From Laetmonice hystrix (lineage: Eukaryota), in contig OZ249437.1 of assembly GCA_965235115.1 (NCBI GenBank), forward strand, positions 14,322,001 through 14,386,000: DNA of 64,000 nt, read 5' to 3'. Positions 25,255 through 39,000 of the stretch are shown in pieces. The notes beneath the pieces were generated by a model, which saw only the letters and a list, made by a program, of their open reading frames with translations, searched no databases and was not told the origin of the DNA. Made by a program: the position numbers and the translations under genes. How positions within the stretch are numbered: position 1 is the first letter of the stretch; every line of letters starts with the position of its first letter.

Positions 25255-25786
25255 ATGCAGCTAGACTCCACCGACCGCCTGGAACGGGTGTGCCGTCGTC
25301 TGTCTGTTCGTCTTCTCAAACCCCCCTCCCACATCCACGTCTTCCCCGCCGGCGGGGGTAACGAGATCAGGTAGGCATAGGCCTATTACATTGTCCACTT
25401 CATGAAGTTTGACAGCATATCTGTTATGTATCACGCCCTCCTCTAGGGGTTGGGGGCATGCATGCTTCCCTGGAAAATTGTGAATGTGTTCATTATTTTG
25501 TGTCAACCATGTCTTTCCTTTTGTTTTCCAAGTGGTAGGCCTAGTTACAATACGTAGAGCCTATAATTTTTGTGGCACTCCGGGGGGTTCCAGAGGCACA
25601 TGCACTCCGCATGGTACGGCCCTCCGTTATAGACCTATCCTTTATAAAAAGAAAACTGCAGGCCCTAATAATAATATTATCATATATATTTTCTCGACTT
25701 ACAGGGCTGATCAGGTGGTTGGCGAGTTGCGGACAGACGGGGCCGCACAGTGGAAACGATTTAAGGTCCTTCTCCGGCCCAGATAG
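25255..25786 (+). CDS. Possible two-exon 65-aa orphan ORF, or internal exons of a larger gene
   Basis: 25255-25370 (MQLDSTDRLERVCRRLSVRLLKPPSHIHVFPAGGGNEI, cag|gtaggc) joins in phase 2 to 25705-25786 (ttacag|g ADQVVGELRTDGAAQWKRFKVLLRPR*). ctaactttag just before the ATG looks like a branch point plus acceptor. Confidence 0.35.
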
Positions 25787-26429
25787 GCCTATAGGTGGAC
25801 GGAATAGGCCTAACCATTTCAGGCAGAGGCTAGATCATCAATTAACTGGGACAGTACCCTTTCAATCGCGACATAAACTTTAACCATGTAGGCCGATCTA
25901 CGGATAGGCCTATGGCAGCGCCAAAAAATAGCACAGCGAATTAAGGCCCCCAATATACCTGGGATTGAATGCAGTATTTTTTTCTATAAAAAGACGTAGG
26001 CCTACTATTCTTACAAGTATAGAAAGTCTTGACGACGTAGCTGGATCTACTCGTTTCAACCTATCCATGGAGAATTACTGCAGCAATCAATAAATAGATT
26101 ATGTGCTGTACGAATTTAATTCCGAGTTTGTCCTTTTTAAATATACAACATTGTGTATAGGTCTATTTAGGGTGCCCTATTTTATAGAGTCTAGCCCTAA
26201 CCGGTTTTCCATACCGGTATATTATAGGAACAACCTTTTCTGTTCGTGTATGTGTCGGGCTGTCGGCCACTTTTCAAGCACATGGTAGATATTGGCCGAT
26301 GAGCCCTAAAGCTGTGCTGGTATTCGGGCGACAACCGATCAGAGACACAAGGTCTCTCTGGGACTAGCCTATTGCATAGGCTACAGCAGTGGGTTGTTGG
26401 TGGTATAGGCCTACGGGGGTAGGGCCTAC

Positions 26430-26560
26430 ATCCCCGTAGTAATTTAACTTAAACCCCACGAAATTTAGTCTGAAGTAAAGATCCATAGCCCTGACCTTAT
26501 CCCTAATCCCTAACCCCGGTCCACCATACACCTCCCAAAAACATATCCCGGTCCTATACC
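26430..26560 (-). repeat. Dispersed repeat family with an ...ggggttagggataaggtcagggc... core, copy 1
   Basis: Reverse-complement match to 46180-46375 and to 54905-55054 + 55440-55495. Confidence 0.75.
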
Positions 26561-27098
26561 TATCCGACCCGAACCACTGCCAAAAGATTTTGTGGGGAAG
26601 TCACCATGGGGGAATAACCCATACGGGACCTATGTCTCGGCCTAGCGATAGTAAATGTAAAGACAAGTTTAAACTTTGGGCCCGTTTTACTAAAGAGTCG
26701 ATAATAACGACGTCGATAATTTAACATAGAAGTGAATGGGTTGCTCGGTCGAAAACAATACCGGACCATGCGGGGGTTATTACACACTTGTTAGAGATCC
26801 TTCACCCCTTCAACAACTCTCTCGTCACACATAGTCCGAGAGACTCTGACTCTTCGTTCCACTTAGAAAACATATTATCCTCCCCCAAAGAACCCCAATG
26901 ACAATGTCAGGCCTGTTGCCATATAATATTGTTATTGTGTATTATAAACCTGTCAACCCTCAGAGCGCAGGGCATTCCCAACTCGTCACTCGAGGAGATT
27001 CCCAAGCCTCGCTTCGAATGACCTATTAAAGTACGTCACAATTTTGCCTCGCGATCGAATCGCCGGTTTAGGCTGCAGTTGTTGACAGTGAACTGAAA

Positions 27099-30000
27099 AT
27101 GAAGATGAAAACTCATTTCTTTTATACGTGTTTAGCTATCCTAGCTTCCAATATTGTCGGAGAAATAGCTCGGCCAAGAGGAATACCCATCTCCAGTAAG
27201 TATACGGCCTAACAAAGCACAGTTTACCACGAGGCTGCAGAGTTTTGACAAGGCGGCGTGTGCACATCCGTCCCTTCCTCCACCGGGCCGGTGCTTGAGG
27301 GCTGCTTGAGTTGGGGCGGTCCGTTTGTACTCCCACAAGATAGCCCGGCCACATACTCCGCCGCGCAGTCTGTGGATGGTCAAAACAAGCTGGTGTCAAA
27401 CTGACCATAAGTGGCTTACACCCTTTTCCGTATCTTGAATCGATTTATCTTGCAGAAATTCCGCACTAGTCTTTGTGACATGAATGCGGACATTATCGCC
27501 CAGACTACCAACGTGGCAGCATTCACTGATTCGGTATCTGCCCGGCTAGGAGCTGTCACAGAGCGGGACTTGCACGCGCCGATAGCCGATACTAGCGATA
27601 GGTCTCTCTGGCCGTCACTTGTCGTGCGCCGAGCAGTCGTACTTCAAACGATTGTGTACCTATTTAAATTGTACCGGTATTTTATAAAACCCAACCTAAA
27701 CATTGGTGTAGGCCAAACACGCAAAGTCTTGTTATATATTACTAGTTATGCCTTATGCCAGTTATGACTTATGAGTTATGGCCTTATGCGGGATTTCCAC
27801 CAGACGCGAGCGAGGAATTTTATCTTTCACACTCGCGTGCCTGGTCAGCACAACGCGAGCGCATCATCTTTGACCATTTCCACCAAGTGCGAGCGCAAAC
27901 CCCAATATTTCGCGTCGCGAAGATTTCCGAGTACACAATCTTGTTACGTCGAGATTGACCAACTTTAAAAAATCGCGCGCGCGACAGATGGCATGATAAG
28001 CGCGCGCGAGCGTCTGGTGGAAATTACTGCAATCACTTCAACTATTTCCTGCATTAGTATGTACATATGTTTTCTGTGTCCAAAATTGAAAACGGGGTCA
28101 AACTGGATGGATTTGTGCCAGTTAAAGAAGCCTTGTTCAGTGCGTAGCTATATCGCGGCGGGACAACGACAGGTCAACTGCTTCCTGGCAGGACTTGCTG
28201 CGTCCAAGTTCCGGGTAGATGGCTGAGCAGAATGACAGTACGGTGTGAAGATGTGCAAACATGCATAGGGGTCTAGGGGTCCTCCACTAGAAAATTTTTA
28301 ATTATAGAAGGCAACTCCCCTGCTATTTCCCGGCATCTGGAGATCTAAATTGCGAAGTTTCTCAAAGCATTGCGGGCCTATAGCTAGATCAGTAATGTGC
28401 AGTGAGAGCCCAGAAAATTTTTGAATTCTATTCAAAAGGCAAAAAAAAACCTATTTCCTGGCATCTGGAGATAGAATTTCTGAAGTTCCTCAAAGCATTT
28501 AGAGGTCTAAGCTTAGCCTACCAATAACATGGGGGGGGGGTTCTGTCAGGGGGGACCGGATCCCCCTGTCAGGGGGGACCATCAGTCCAGGGGGTTGTTC
28601 GTTCGAACACCCCAAACCCTTCCTGGCTATGGGCCTGTAGCATGTGTCATGCAATTCACAGATTATATATACAAAGAATATAAATTCAACAAAATTCATT
28701 TCAAAGTTTGCCTGCTTTAAATAGACTTAAAGGATGACCTAACACTAGCCCCCTGCATCTGCTATTTTGGAATTCTGGACCATTCGATATTTTGAGCCTA
28801 GATCTGTTGGTTCCAGTCATTAAATTCCCCAGTTGTCACATTGATCTTTAATGTCTTCCCATGCTTCCACTGCCCTGCTTCAATACCAACATAATACCAA
28901 ACCCCTTAAAATAATACACACATGGTTGTGGTGTCTGCTGCAGAGAGCTCATTATATCTGTCGACGTCTGGAGGGGATTTCACCTGCCTCGATGGATCAG
29001 CTGTGATCCCTTTTGATAGGATCAATGACGACTACTGTGATTGTAAAGATGCTTCGGATGAACCAGGTACATAACTACTTTTACATTTGAGTTTCTAATT
29101 TACATAGTTTTGAATTGAGATCATGTGTTTAAGTTATGGTGAATGCTTACTCTTAATAAGTTTCTTCTAAAGGTTGTTTTGAACCAGGAATCCCAGGTAC
29201 TCCTGATTGGTTTGTAATATTTGCCTCTCCAGGAACATCAGCATGTCCTAATGGATCATTCCACTGTACCAATGCTGGCTACAGGCCAAAGAATCTCCCG
29301 TCTGTATGGGTCAATGATGGCATTTGTGGTAAGCTCATGAGTTTTGTTTATTTCTAAAAGCAGAAAGTCTCCCAGTATTGTACATAACTGCCCAAGATTG
29401 AAGTTCCATCATCTTTGCCGTAATCTGCTGTTGACTAAAGGTTGTCTTGAGGGAAATGTAGTGTTCTTTATTAGCAGAATTTCTTGTTGTTTTTTTTTAA
29501 ATAGTACCCCGGTAGTCGGGTGTGCATATAGATCTTTTCTTTTTACATCAATACTTGACCAGCTTCTTTCATTAGTTTCTGAAAATGAAATATGTTTCAA
29601 TGAAATCTGAAAGTATATATCCATCACTTCCCTTGTTATGCAGATTGCTGTGATGGAACAGATGAGTATGAGAGTGACAAGTGCCCTAACACCTGCAGGT
29701 ATGTACAAACTTGGGCCAGTTATACATGTTTGAACTTTGGAGTTTTTCTCGTTTCACCTTTAAGTATTGTCAACACATGTCTCTTGTCCCTTCAGTCTTA
29801 TGCTCTGACTTATCTCTCCTTTATTAACTGACATTACCATTGCAAATCTTTTGTTCAGAAAAAAACGTCAGTGTCTCATAGCCGTTATGATGCTGAACAT
29901 TTTGATGTTGTTTTGAATGGCTCCACTTAGATAATAGGTAAGTCCCATCATTGAAGATGATGTGTAATAATGTTTACTTTGCTGACAGGGAGCTTGGAAG

Positions 30001-33000
30001 ACAAATGCGAGAGGAGGAGGAGCGAATGGCTGTTCTTATTCAGGAAGGTCATCAGGTTTATCTAGAATATGTTGAACAAGGACGTCTGGCCAAGATTGAG
30101 AAGGAGGTCAGGATACCAGCGATCAGTTACCAACCTACTCCTGGTCTTAGTCATTTCAGTTATTGAACTAACACATTTTAAGTTAAAAATCACCTTGAGT
30201 CTGAAAGCTTATTGTCAGGGTAAAAATAAAAATCTTATTTTTTATCATCCCCTGGGGCCCGTTGCATAAAAACATCCCCGCCCGCTCCGTTAAAATGTCC
30301 CGTTATAATAGCGGGGACCTTTTAGGTGCCCGTTAAAAAACAACAGTTACCGGGAACATTAGCGGGTGGGAATTTATTATGCAACGCAACGTCCCGTTAA
30401 CTGACCGTTAGCAGCGGATTTAACGGGCGGGGTTTTTTATGCAACGCACCCCTGTCTGGTTAAGCCAAGAGGCAATGCACTGGAGCATACATTTTCTATT
30501 CTTGAACTTGTATCAAAATATTTTCAACATACATGTACATCGATGGCCCAGGGAATTTGATGGTTGCATCATGCCATCTAGCATTGCTTGCCAGAATGCT
30601 AATATGTGGTCTCCTGGAATTGAAATTGGCACCTTCCAACCTGAGGCTAATTTTAGCCCCTGGGTATAAAAGAAAAGCGTTGGACCAGGGACTATTCTCC
30701 AGGAACATGGGCCACATGGGTCAAATAATAATGTGCAGTTTCTTGTGGTAAGAATTGAGTTGAAACAGGAATGGACCTAGACACTAGCTGAAAATAAAGG
30801 GGCCAGGTTTTTTTTTACTGGGAACCAGGTGCTAATAGTGTCAAGGTGCCGGGTTATTTCGATTCCTGAGTCTCTGTGACAGTGCTAGGAAAGTAGAAGG
30901 CTAAGCCTGTTACAACATGATAATTTTGAAGTTGTGATGTAAATAAGTTCCTCTGTGAGGACTTCCTCATCCCTACTAAACTATGTACAAGCATACTTGG
31001 AAATAAAACACCATTTCAATTCAAAAATTCAAATAAAAGAACATAAATGTTGGGTTTTGTAATATTTTTTTGTGATTGACAGGAGAGGCGTGGCCAGCTG
31101 GAGAAGACCAAAGAAGAAGCTGCAGCTTACCGGAGTGAACTAGAGGGTGAGATCTGACAGTCCACAATAATTTAATCGTGAATTTAAAGTTCTGTCTTAG
31201 TTTACAGTGGAACATCGATGTTGAATCAAATGTTGACTAATTCTTTATCTCATTAAACTGTATTAAACATAATGTGATCTTGCAGTTGTGAAAGAAGAAG
31301 CTGAGAAACCAGAGACAGAGGCAAAGGATCAACATAAAAAGGCCTGGGACGGTCAGTGCTGCTCTTCCTCTTCTTCCTGTTCCTTTTGTTTCTACTGCTG
31401 TGTGTGATTGTTGCACATTGTGATTGTATCTGACTATACCAGGAATAACTATGTAGTGTTTGTGCAGTTTGTGCTGCAGATATTCCTATGAAGGTATAGG
31501 TTGCATAAGAGTTGTCGTAAAATTGCAGGTCTTGAAGCTAAACATTAAAACCTTTAGAAACCTTTATTTTGGGTGAGCAACCTTTAAACCCTTTAACCCT
31601 TTCGAGATGGGCCCCTTGCAGTCGAGACGTGCACTAGTGACGACGTAACAACTGAGTGCATGTGCCATAAGGACGGGGCGTTCTGGCAGGCCACATGTGA
31701 TAATGGATTGCCTGGAATACTCCCAATCACTGTCATCTCCAGAAAAATTATCCATGTTTTAGATAAAAGTAGGGATTTGAGTCTCGAGTTGGTCTAGGTC
31801 AAACGCAGCTAGCACTCAATTGTGACGTTATATCACGGTGCTGCACTGTCGCTCTATACACAATGGGCTCTGCCGTAAGTCAAATGATACCACAAGGCAT
31901 CATCCGGCCCCCGCCTGGGAATGCCTCAGGGCATCATCTGGCCCCCGCCCGGAAATGCCTTAAAGCATCACACGTCCTTAATGGGTTAAATTGCTGTTTT
32001 AACCTTTAAACGCCTTTATTTCTCTTATGAAACCTTAAATTTTGTGATATTCTCTTTCTTCACTGTGCAATGATTTATGTGTTATACTGAAGTTTGATTG
32101 TGTCACAATGTCATTGTGCCACATTGTGTCTCCGTCTGGTTGTACTACAATTTGATTGTGGCACAATGTGATTGTGTCTCTGTCTGGTTGTACTAAAGTT
32201 TGATTGTGCCACAATGTGATTGCGTCTCCGTCTGGTTGTACTACAGTCTGATTGTGCCACAATGTGATTGTGTCTCCGTCTGGTTGTACTACAGTTTGAT
32301 TGTGCCACAATGTGATTGTGTCTCCGTCTGGTTGTACTACAGTTTGATTGTGCCACAATGTGATTGTGTCTCCGTCTGGTTGTACTACAATTTGATTGTG
32401 GCACAATGTGATTGTGTCTCTGTCTGGTTGTACTAAAGTTTGATTGTGCCACAATGTGATTGCGTCTCCGTCTGGTTGTACTACAGTCTGATTGTGCCAC
32501 AATGTGATTGTGTCTCCGTCTGGTTGTACTACAGTTTGATTGTGCCACAATGTGATTGTGTCTCCGTCTGGTTGTACTACAGTTTGATTGTGCCACAATG
32601 TGATTGTGTCTCAGTCTGGTTGTACTACAGTTTGATTGTGCCACGATGTGATTGCGTCTCCATCTGGTTGTACTAAAGTTTGATTGTGCCACAATGTGAT
32701 TGTGTCTCAGTCTGGTTGTACTTGTACGACAGTTTGATTGTGCCACAATGTGATTGCGTCTCCGTCTGGTTGTACTAAAGTTTGATTGTGCCACAATGTG
32801 ATTGTGTCTCAGTCTGGTTGTACTTGTACTACAGTTTGATTGTGTCACAATGTGATTGTGTCCCTGTCTGGATGTACTTATACTAAAGTTTGATTGTGCC
32901 ACAATGTGATTGTGTCTCAGTCTGGTTGTACTTGTACTACAGTTTGATTGTGTCACAATGTGATTGTGTCCCTGTCTGGATGTACTTATACTAAAGTTTG

Positions 33001-36000
33001 ATTGTGCCACAATGTGATTGTGTCTCAGTCTGGTTGTACTTGTACTACAGTTTGATTGTGCCACAATGTGATTGTGTCTCTGTCTGGTTGTACTACAGTT
33101 TGATTGTGCCACAATGTGATTGTGTCTCAGTCTGGTTGTACTTGTACTACAGTTTGATTGTGCCACAATGTGATTGTGTCTCCGTCTGGTTGTACTACAG
33201 TTTGATTGTGCCACAATGTGATTGTGTCCCTGTCTGGATGTACTTATACTAAAGTTTGATTGTGCCACAATGTGATTGTGTCCGCCCATGTTACAGAGGT
33301 GAAGGAGAAGCAGCAGACTGAGCGTGAAGAGAAAAGAAAGGTGGACGTGTTTATCGCCCTAGATGTGAACCAGGACGGACTGTAAGCACACTAAACTCTA
33401 GAAACCTATCATTTTCATTGTTATGTACATTCATTGACACCTTCATTTATTCAGTGGTTTTGCAATCTAAATGTTTTTGTATAGGAATGGGCAGGGGCTA
33501 AAATTCCGGAAATAGACTGTAATTGATATGAAGGCATACATTTCATTATGAGTGCAGATCTCTCATGACATGGCGTTTAAACTCTTATTGGCTGTGCTGA
33601 TTGATTTGAATGAAAATTTTTTTTAAATCTCCCAATTACATTTTCTTAGTGTAACAGTAGATGAAATGCAGCGCCATCTGGAGTTTGACATCGATTCCAA
33701 TGGTGAGGTGTCATATGAGGAGGCCAAGGTGAGAGCATTTGATCAGAAAAAGACAACATCCTAAGGATTTATTTAGTAGTTAACGATTCATCATGTTGTG
33801 TTTGTGGTAGACTTTGAAATGACTGTGCAATATATATATTTTTTTAAAATATAATTACTAAGTGACATTTCCACCGAAGCCATTTTTTTTGCTCAGGCAG
33901 ACGACAGTTCATGTAAAATGTGAACTTTATTGAATGAATTTTATAAGTTGAAGAATTTTTTGTTTAACAGGAATATTTGGAAGATAATGACCAGATGGAC
34001 ATGTCGTTATTTGCTGAGAAAGTTTGGCCTAACATCAAGGAGATTTATCGTGATGAAACAACTATCACTGAGCCAGAAAAGACCGAGGAAGATTCAACTG
34101 TAAGTACTTGTGTTCTTGAAGCATCCCTAGACAACGTTTTTAGTTATAATAATCAATCTATTCTAGCTCCAATTAAGTTCCCTAATTAGTGTCAGTTGGT
34201 TGGTCAGTATCTGTTGGTTTGAACACATAAATGTAAGACAGATTTTGTTTCTGAGATGCACTCGTTGAGTTCCGCCCCAGCAAGTTGGCCGTTGATTGCA
34301 ATGATCTTCAGTACTGTTTAAGGTGTTAGTTTGATTTTTATATTACCTGTTAACCTTTGTTTTAAACCTTCCAAATTCCACTGACTCTGAGACCTTTCAG
34401 GTGTTTTAGAGCTAAATAGGAACTATACCCTCGTCCAGCATAGAATTACTCCAGGTTTCTGTTGATAAGATTTATTCTGCGCTCTTACGAGCATTGATCA
34501 CTCCCCGGCAAGGCAGGTCGGTTCCTGTTTTGTTGTCTTTGTGATTGATGATTGTCGCCATGGTAACAGGATCCCACAGAGGAGCCTCCTGAGCTTCCTG
34601 AGCTACATGAAGGAGCTGACGAAGAGGATGATCGTGCTGAGGAGGAGGAGGACGAGGATGAGGGAGAGGTGGGCTGCATGATCTTACACTGTCCAATCAG
34701 CTGTGCCGTGAAACTGTCCAGTCTGCTCATATCTCACGTGGCACTGTCCTGTCAGCTCCAAGTTGACACTGCTGCACAATGTTTAATAATTTACAGGGGC
34801 TTGTTTTTTAATATCTTCAGTAAGACATGACATAAGTCTGGTTTCCTCTTTTTAAGTGACCCCTTCCCATAGTACTTAAAGGGACGATGAATAGATCGGC
34901 CAAAATGTGAGCTTGTGTTGTACTTGGGGATTGGTACATATTGCAGGGTGTTAGAACAATCTCAGATTCCAAGAAAACTGGGAAAAGGGGTTAGCAGATG
35001 CTAAATGCATATAGCCAGGATTGGTAAAATGTAAATAAGCTTATTGCCATATTTTAAAAAAGAACTCGTCTGTAAAATACCAATGGAAACCAAAAAATGA
35101 GGACATGTAAATAATAATGGATCAAGGGGAATTCTTTGCCTCATCGAGACAAGGAAACACTGCGTACCATCAGAAGGGCGAGAATTTTTGTCATTTTGAG
35201 ATAAACAAAAGAAAATGACTCCATCTTTAACCACTTGCCGGCGGGATTAATGTTTAATTATCTGACCCCCTGGTTGGGTTAATTCTGTTAATTACATGTA
35301 TTTTAATGCAAATTTTTGCGTATATATACGTCATCCGTTAGAATGGAAGGTTCTATGCATGCGTATATACACGTCATCCGCCGGGAAGTGGTTAAAAAGA
35401 TGACATTGATGAAGTGGGTGTGATGTCCATTAACAGGAGGAGGAGATAGAGGAGGCCGGGGAGGGTAATTCTCACCGGTCCTCTCGCCGCGCTAATGGAG
35501 ACATGGAGGACAGTGACAGTTCCTTACATATGGTACTCGAGTTTACATCTCACACCCTGCTTCTGGTTATGTGTGCCTCAGTTTTAATGCATGCTTTGGG
35601 TGTGGCATGTAATGGGCATGGCATTATGGGGATGGGCTATGCAATGGGCATGGTGTGCAGGGGGCATGTTATTCAAGGGGCGTGGCATGCAATGGGCGTG
35701 GCATGTAGGGGGCGTGGCATGCAATGGGCGTGGCATGTAGGGGGCATGGCATGCAGGGGGCGTGGCGTGCAGGGATGTTCTGTGCTGTTTGAGTGGGTAT
35801 CCAGGGTGTTCATAAGAAAAAGAAAAAGACCCTGAGTATAATGTTCATTGGGGCCTACATGTCGTCATACTGTGGTTATTTGTGTTGTGTTCAGGGATGA
35901 AAGTTTTCAGGAAATTTCCTGAAATCAGGAAATTTGAAAAAATCCCCCCCCCCCACAAGAAATAACACCCAAAAAAGGAAATAGGCCTAGATCTAGAATA

Positions 36001-39000
36001 TAGGCAAAAGAGGTAGGCCTAAGCCAAGGCTAAGTATTACCCTGGACTGTGTGGTGGGCAATTTTATTTGTTAATATCAAATGAAACAATATCCCCTTCC
36101 AGGACGTTTTTTAACACCATGCAGCTCAATATATCTCTACCTGCCAAAGTTCGTTTATAGATGGGGATATTAGAGTGTCTCAAACCCGTCCAGTGTCACG
36201 GGTGCCGCCGTGCATAGGCCGGTCTGCCGGGGGTGCTGGTGACAGTGGTGTACCGCCCACGGTCCCTGTAGCTGTGGTCACATCGCTCACATAGACCGGC
36301 CCGCGTGGGCTGACTTCTACCGGCACGCGGTGGCGTCTGTCCCGTCTGGCAGGCACGGCCCCGTGTCGCTGTGGTGAGAGCGACTCACCTCAGGTAATGA
36401 CTTCAGGCAAAACTGATGGTCAGGCAGCTGCGAAGCCCGTTGATTCAGGCTTGCCATTATGCCATATCCATGCACAAGTTTTGCCTGAGCGCCCACTTAG
36501 TGATAGCAACGAGACTATAGACAGACCGGTCTGTCTAGTCCCGGTGATAGTGATTAGGCTGACGAACTACGCACCATCACAATGTCACTCCTCACAGGAA
36601 ACTGGGTCAATTTAGTTCTATGAATCTGCCTAGTATATATGTCAGTAAGTTCTCATAATGTTTTCTTGCATATAAATTTGAGGATAATGGCATTACGTAA
36701 GTGGTTTTCACTGAAGTTTTGGGGTTTTCAGGACTTTTCATTACATTTGTCGATCAGTGCAGGTGTCCTGATAAGACCGGAAGTGACAATATTCATTCAC
36801 AACAACATGAGTGGCACATGGACACACGGGCTGAACCACTCGACTCAGCGACTGTGTTGCTTGGCTGAGAGCCGCTGAGGGTCGTGACTGCTGAGGGTCA
36901 AGACTGATGGACAGCCTGTGTGGTCAGTCTAACACATGGAAGCTGTTTGACAACGTAATCGGGTGCATTTTGGACGCTAAAAGCCGACTGGATTCCAATG
37001 TTGGAGAGAGACGGCAGAGCCAGGCAGAGGTTGACACTGAGTCTGACAGGCAAGCAACAGCCTTGGACAGGGGCATGGACTGATGAGTGATGGAGTCTAT
37101 CCAGCAAATTTGCAGGGGTGGGGGGTTGGGGGTGGGTGGGGGGTGGGGGGGTGGGTGGCGACTAAATACTGAGGGCTAGGCCCTATAATATATAATAGCT
37201 AGGAGGCCTTATCGGATCATGATTGTCTGCTGTTCCTAGCCTGACTTTTTTTAAGGGGGGGGGGGGGGTAAGCCTTGGATGTGCGCATGAACAAATATTA
37301 ATTATGGACATTGGCCCCCGCCGCTCCCCCCCCCCCCCCCCCCCCCCGGGTCAGGATTTCAGGAAATTTTACAGCTGGCCACTTTCATCCCTGTGTGTTA
37401 CCGTGGCTTGTATCCAAACAGCATGTGATCGCATTGCTAAATCCCTTGTTGGCATGCTAGCATAGATGTCGTGAATGATTGGAAGATTTGATTCAGAAAG
37501 ATAATATCAGTCTGCTGGCGTTCACGTTAACACAATTTTCCTGCGTATTTACGCATAATATGGAAAGGGGACGCAAAATTCAAATGTATTTTGCGCCAGT
37601 TGTAGATGGTACTGGGGTCCCAGGGGTCCATGGGACCCTAATTTCAAAATTGCTGATGCAAACACTGGTCTGCTTTATCTGAAACCATAAAATAAAGGAA
37701 CTAAAGTAACATGATGCTGACATTGATACATGTAGCAGCTGGTTGGGAAATTAGGGCAGTAAATGATTATGTCAGTAAAGAGAAAAAAGAGAAGAAAGGG
37801 CCACGTGAGGGCTTACATTACCCCCCCATGTCTCCACCAAATCACCCCAGTAACGGTTAAGGACCCATTTTTTAAGGCTTTGTCTCCAGAGCCTTGGCTG
37901 ACGTATGGAACCAGTAACTGCATGTAACCGATTGAAGGATAAGCCTGGTATAGTCGTTTTATTACCAGTGACTGTACCCTAAACTAATGTTTGGTATAGT
38001 CGTTTTATTACCAGTGACTGTACGGTGTACCCTAAACTGATGTTTGGTATAGTCGTTTTATTACCAGTGACTGTACCCTAAACTGATGTTTGGTATAGTC
38101 GTTTTATTACCAGTGACTGTACCCTAAACTGATGTTTGGTATAGTCGTTTTATTACCAGTGACTGTACCCTAAACTGATGTTTGGTATAGTCGTTTTATT
38201 ACCAGTGACTGTACCCTAAACGGATGTTTGGTATAGTCGTTTTATTACCAGTGACTGTACCCTAAACGGATGTTTGGTATAGTCGTTTTATTACCAGTGA
38301 CTGTACCCTAAACTGATGTTTGGTATAGTCGTTTTATTACCAGTGACTGTACCCTAAACTGATGTTTGGTATAGTCGTTTTATTACCAGTGACTGTACCC
38401 TAAACTAATGTTTGGTATAGCCGTTTTATTACCAGTGAATGTACCCTAAACTGATGTTTGGTATAGTCGTTTTATTACCAGTGAATGTACCCTAAACTGA
38501 TGTTTGGTATAGTCGTTTTATTACCAGTGACTGTACCCTAAACTGATGTTTGGTATAGTCGTTTTATTACCAGTGACTGTACCCTAAACTAATGTTTGGT
38601 ATACATGTAGTCGTTTTATTACCAGTGACTGTACCCTAAACTAATGTTTGGTATAGTCGTTTTATTACCAGTGACTGTACCCTAAACTAATGTTTGGTAT
38701 ACATGTAGTCGTTTTATTACCAGTGACTGTACCCTAAACTAATGTTTGGTATACATGTAGTCGTTTTATTACCAGTGACTGTACCCTAAACTAATGTTTG
38801 GTATAGTCGTTTTATTACCAGTGACTGTACCCTAAACTGATGTTTGGTATAGTCGTTTTATTACCAGTGACTGTACCCTAAACTGATGTTTGGTATACAT
38901 GTAGTCGTTTTATTACCAGTGACTGTACCCTAAACTGATGTTAGATTGCAGACTTCCACAGGCCTGTATGAACTGAATGTGGTAGTAAGGAGCTGCCGTA

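Noticed and set aside
32035-33289. Long repetitive ORFs (392, 187, 84 and 78 aa) and the idea of a CRISPR-like array
   Set aside because: Frames are open only because the 48/54-bp unit lacks stops. Units are contiguous with no unique spacers, so this is a minisatellite. The same applies to 6941-7511 and 37947-38940.
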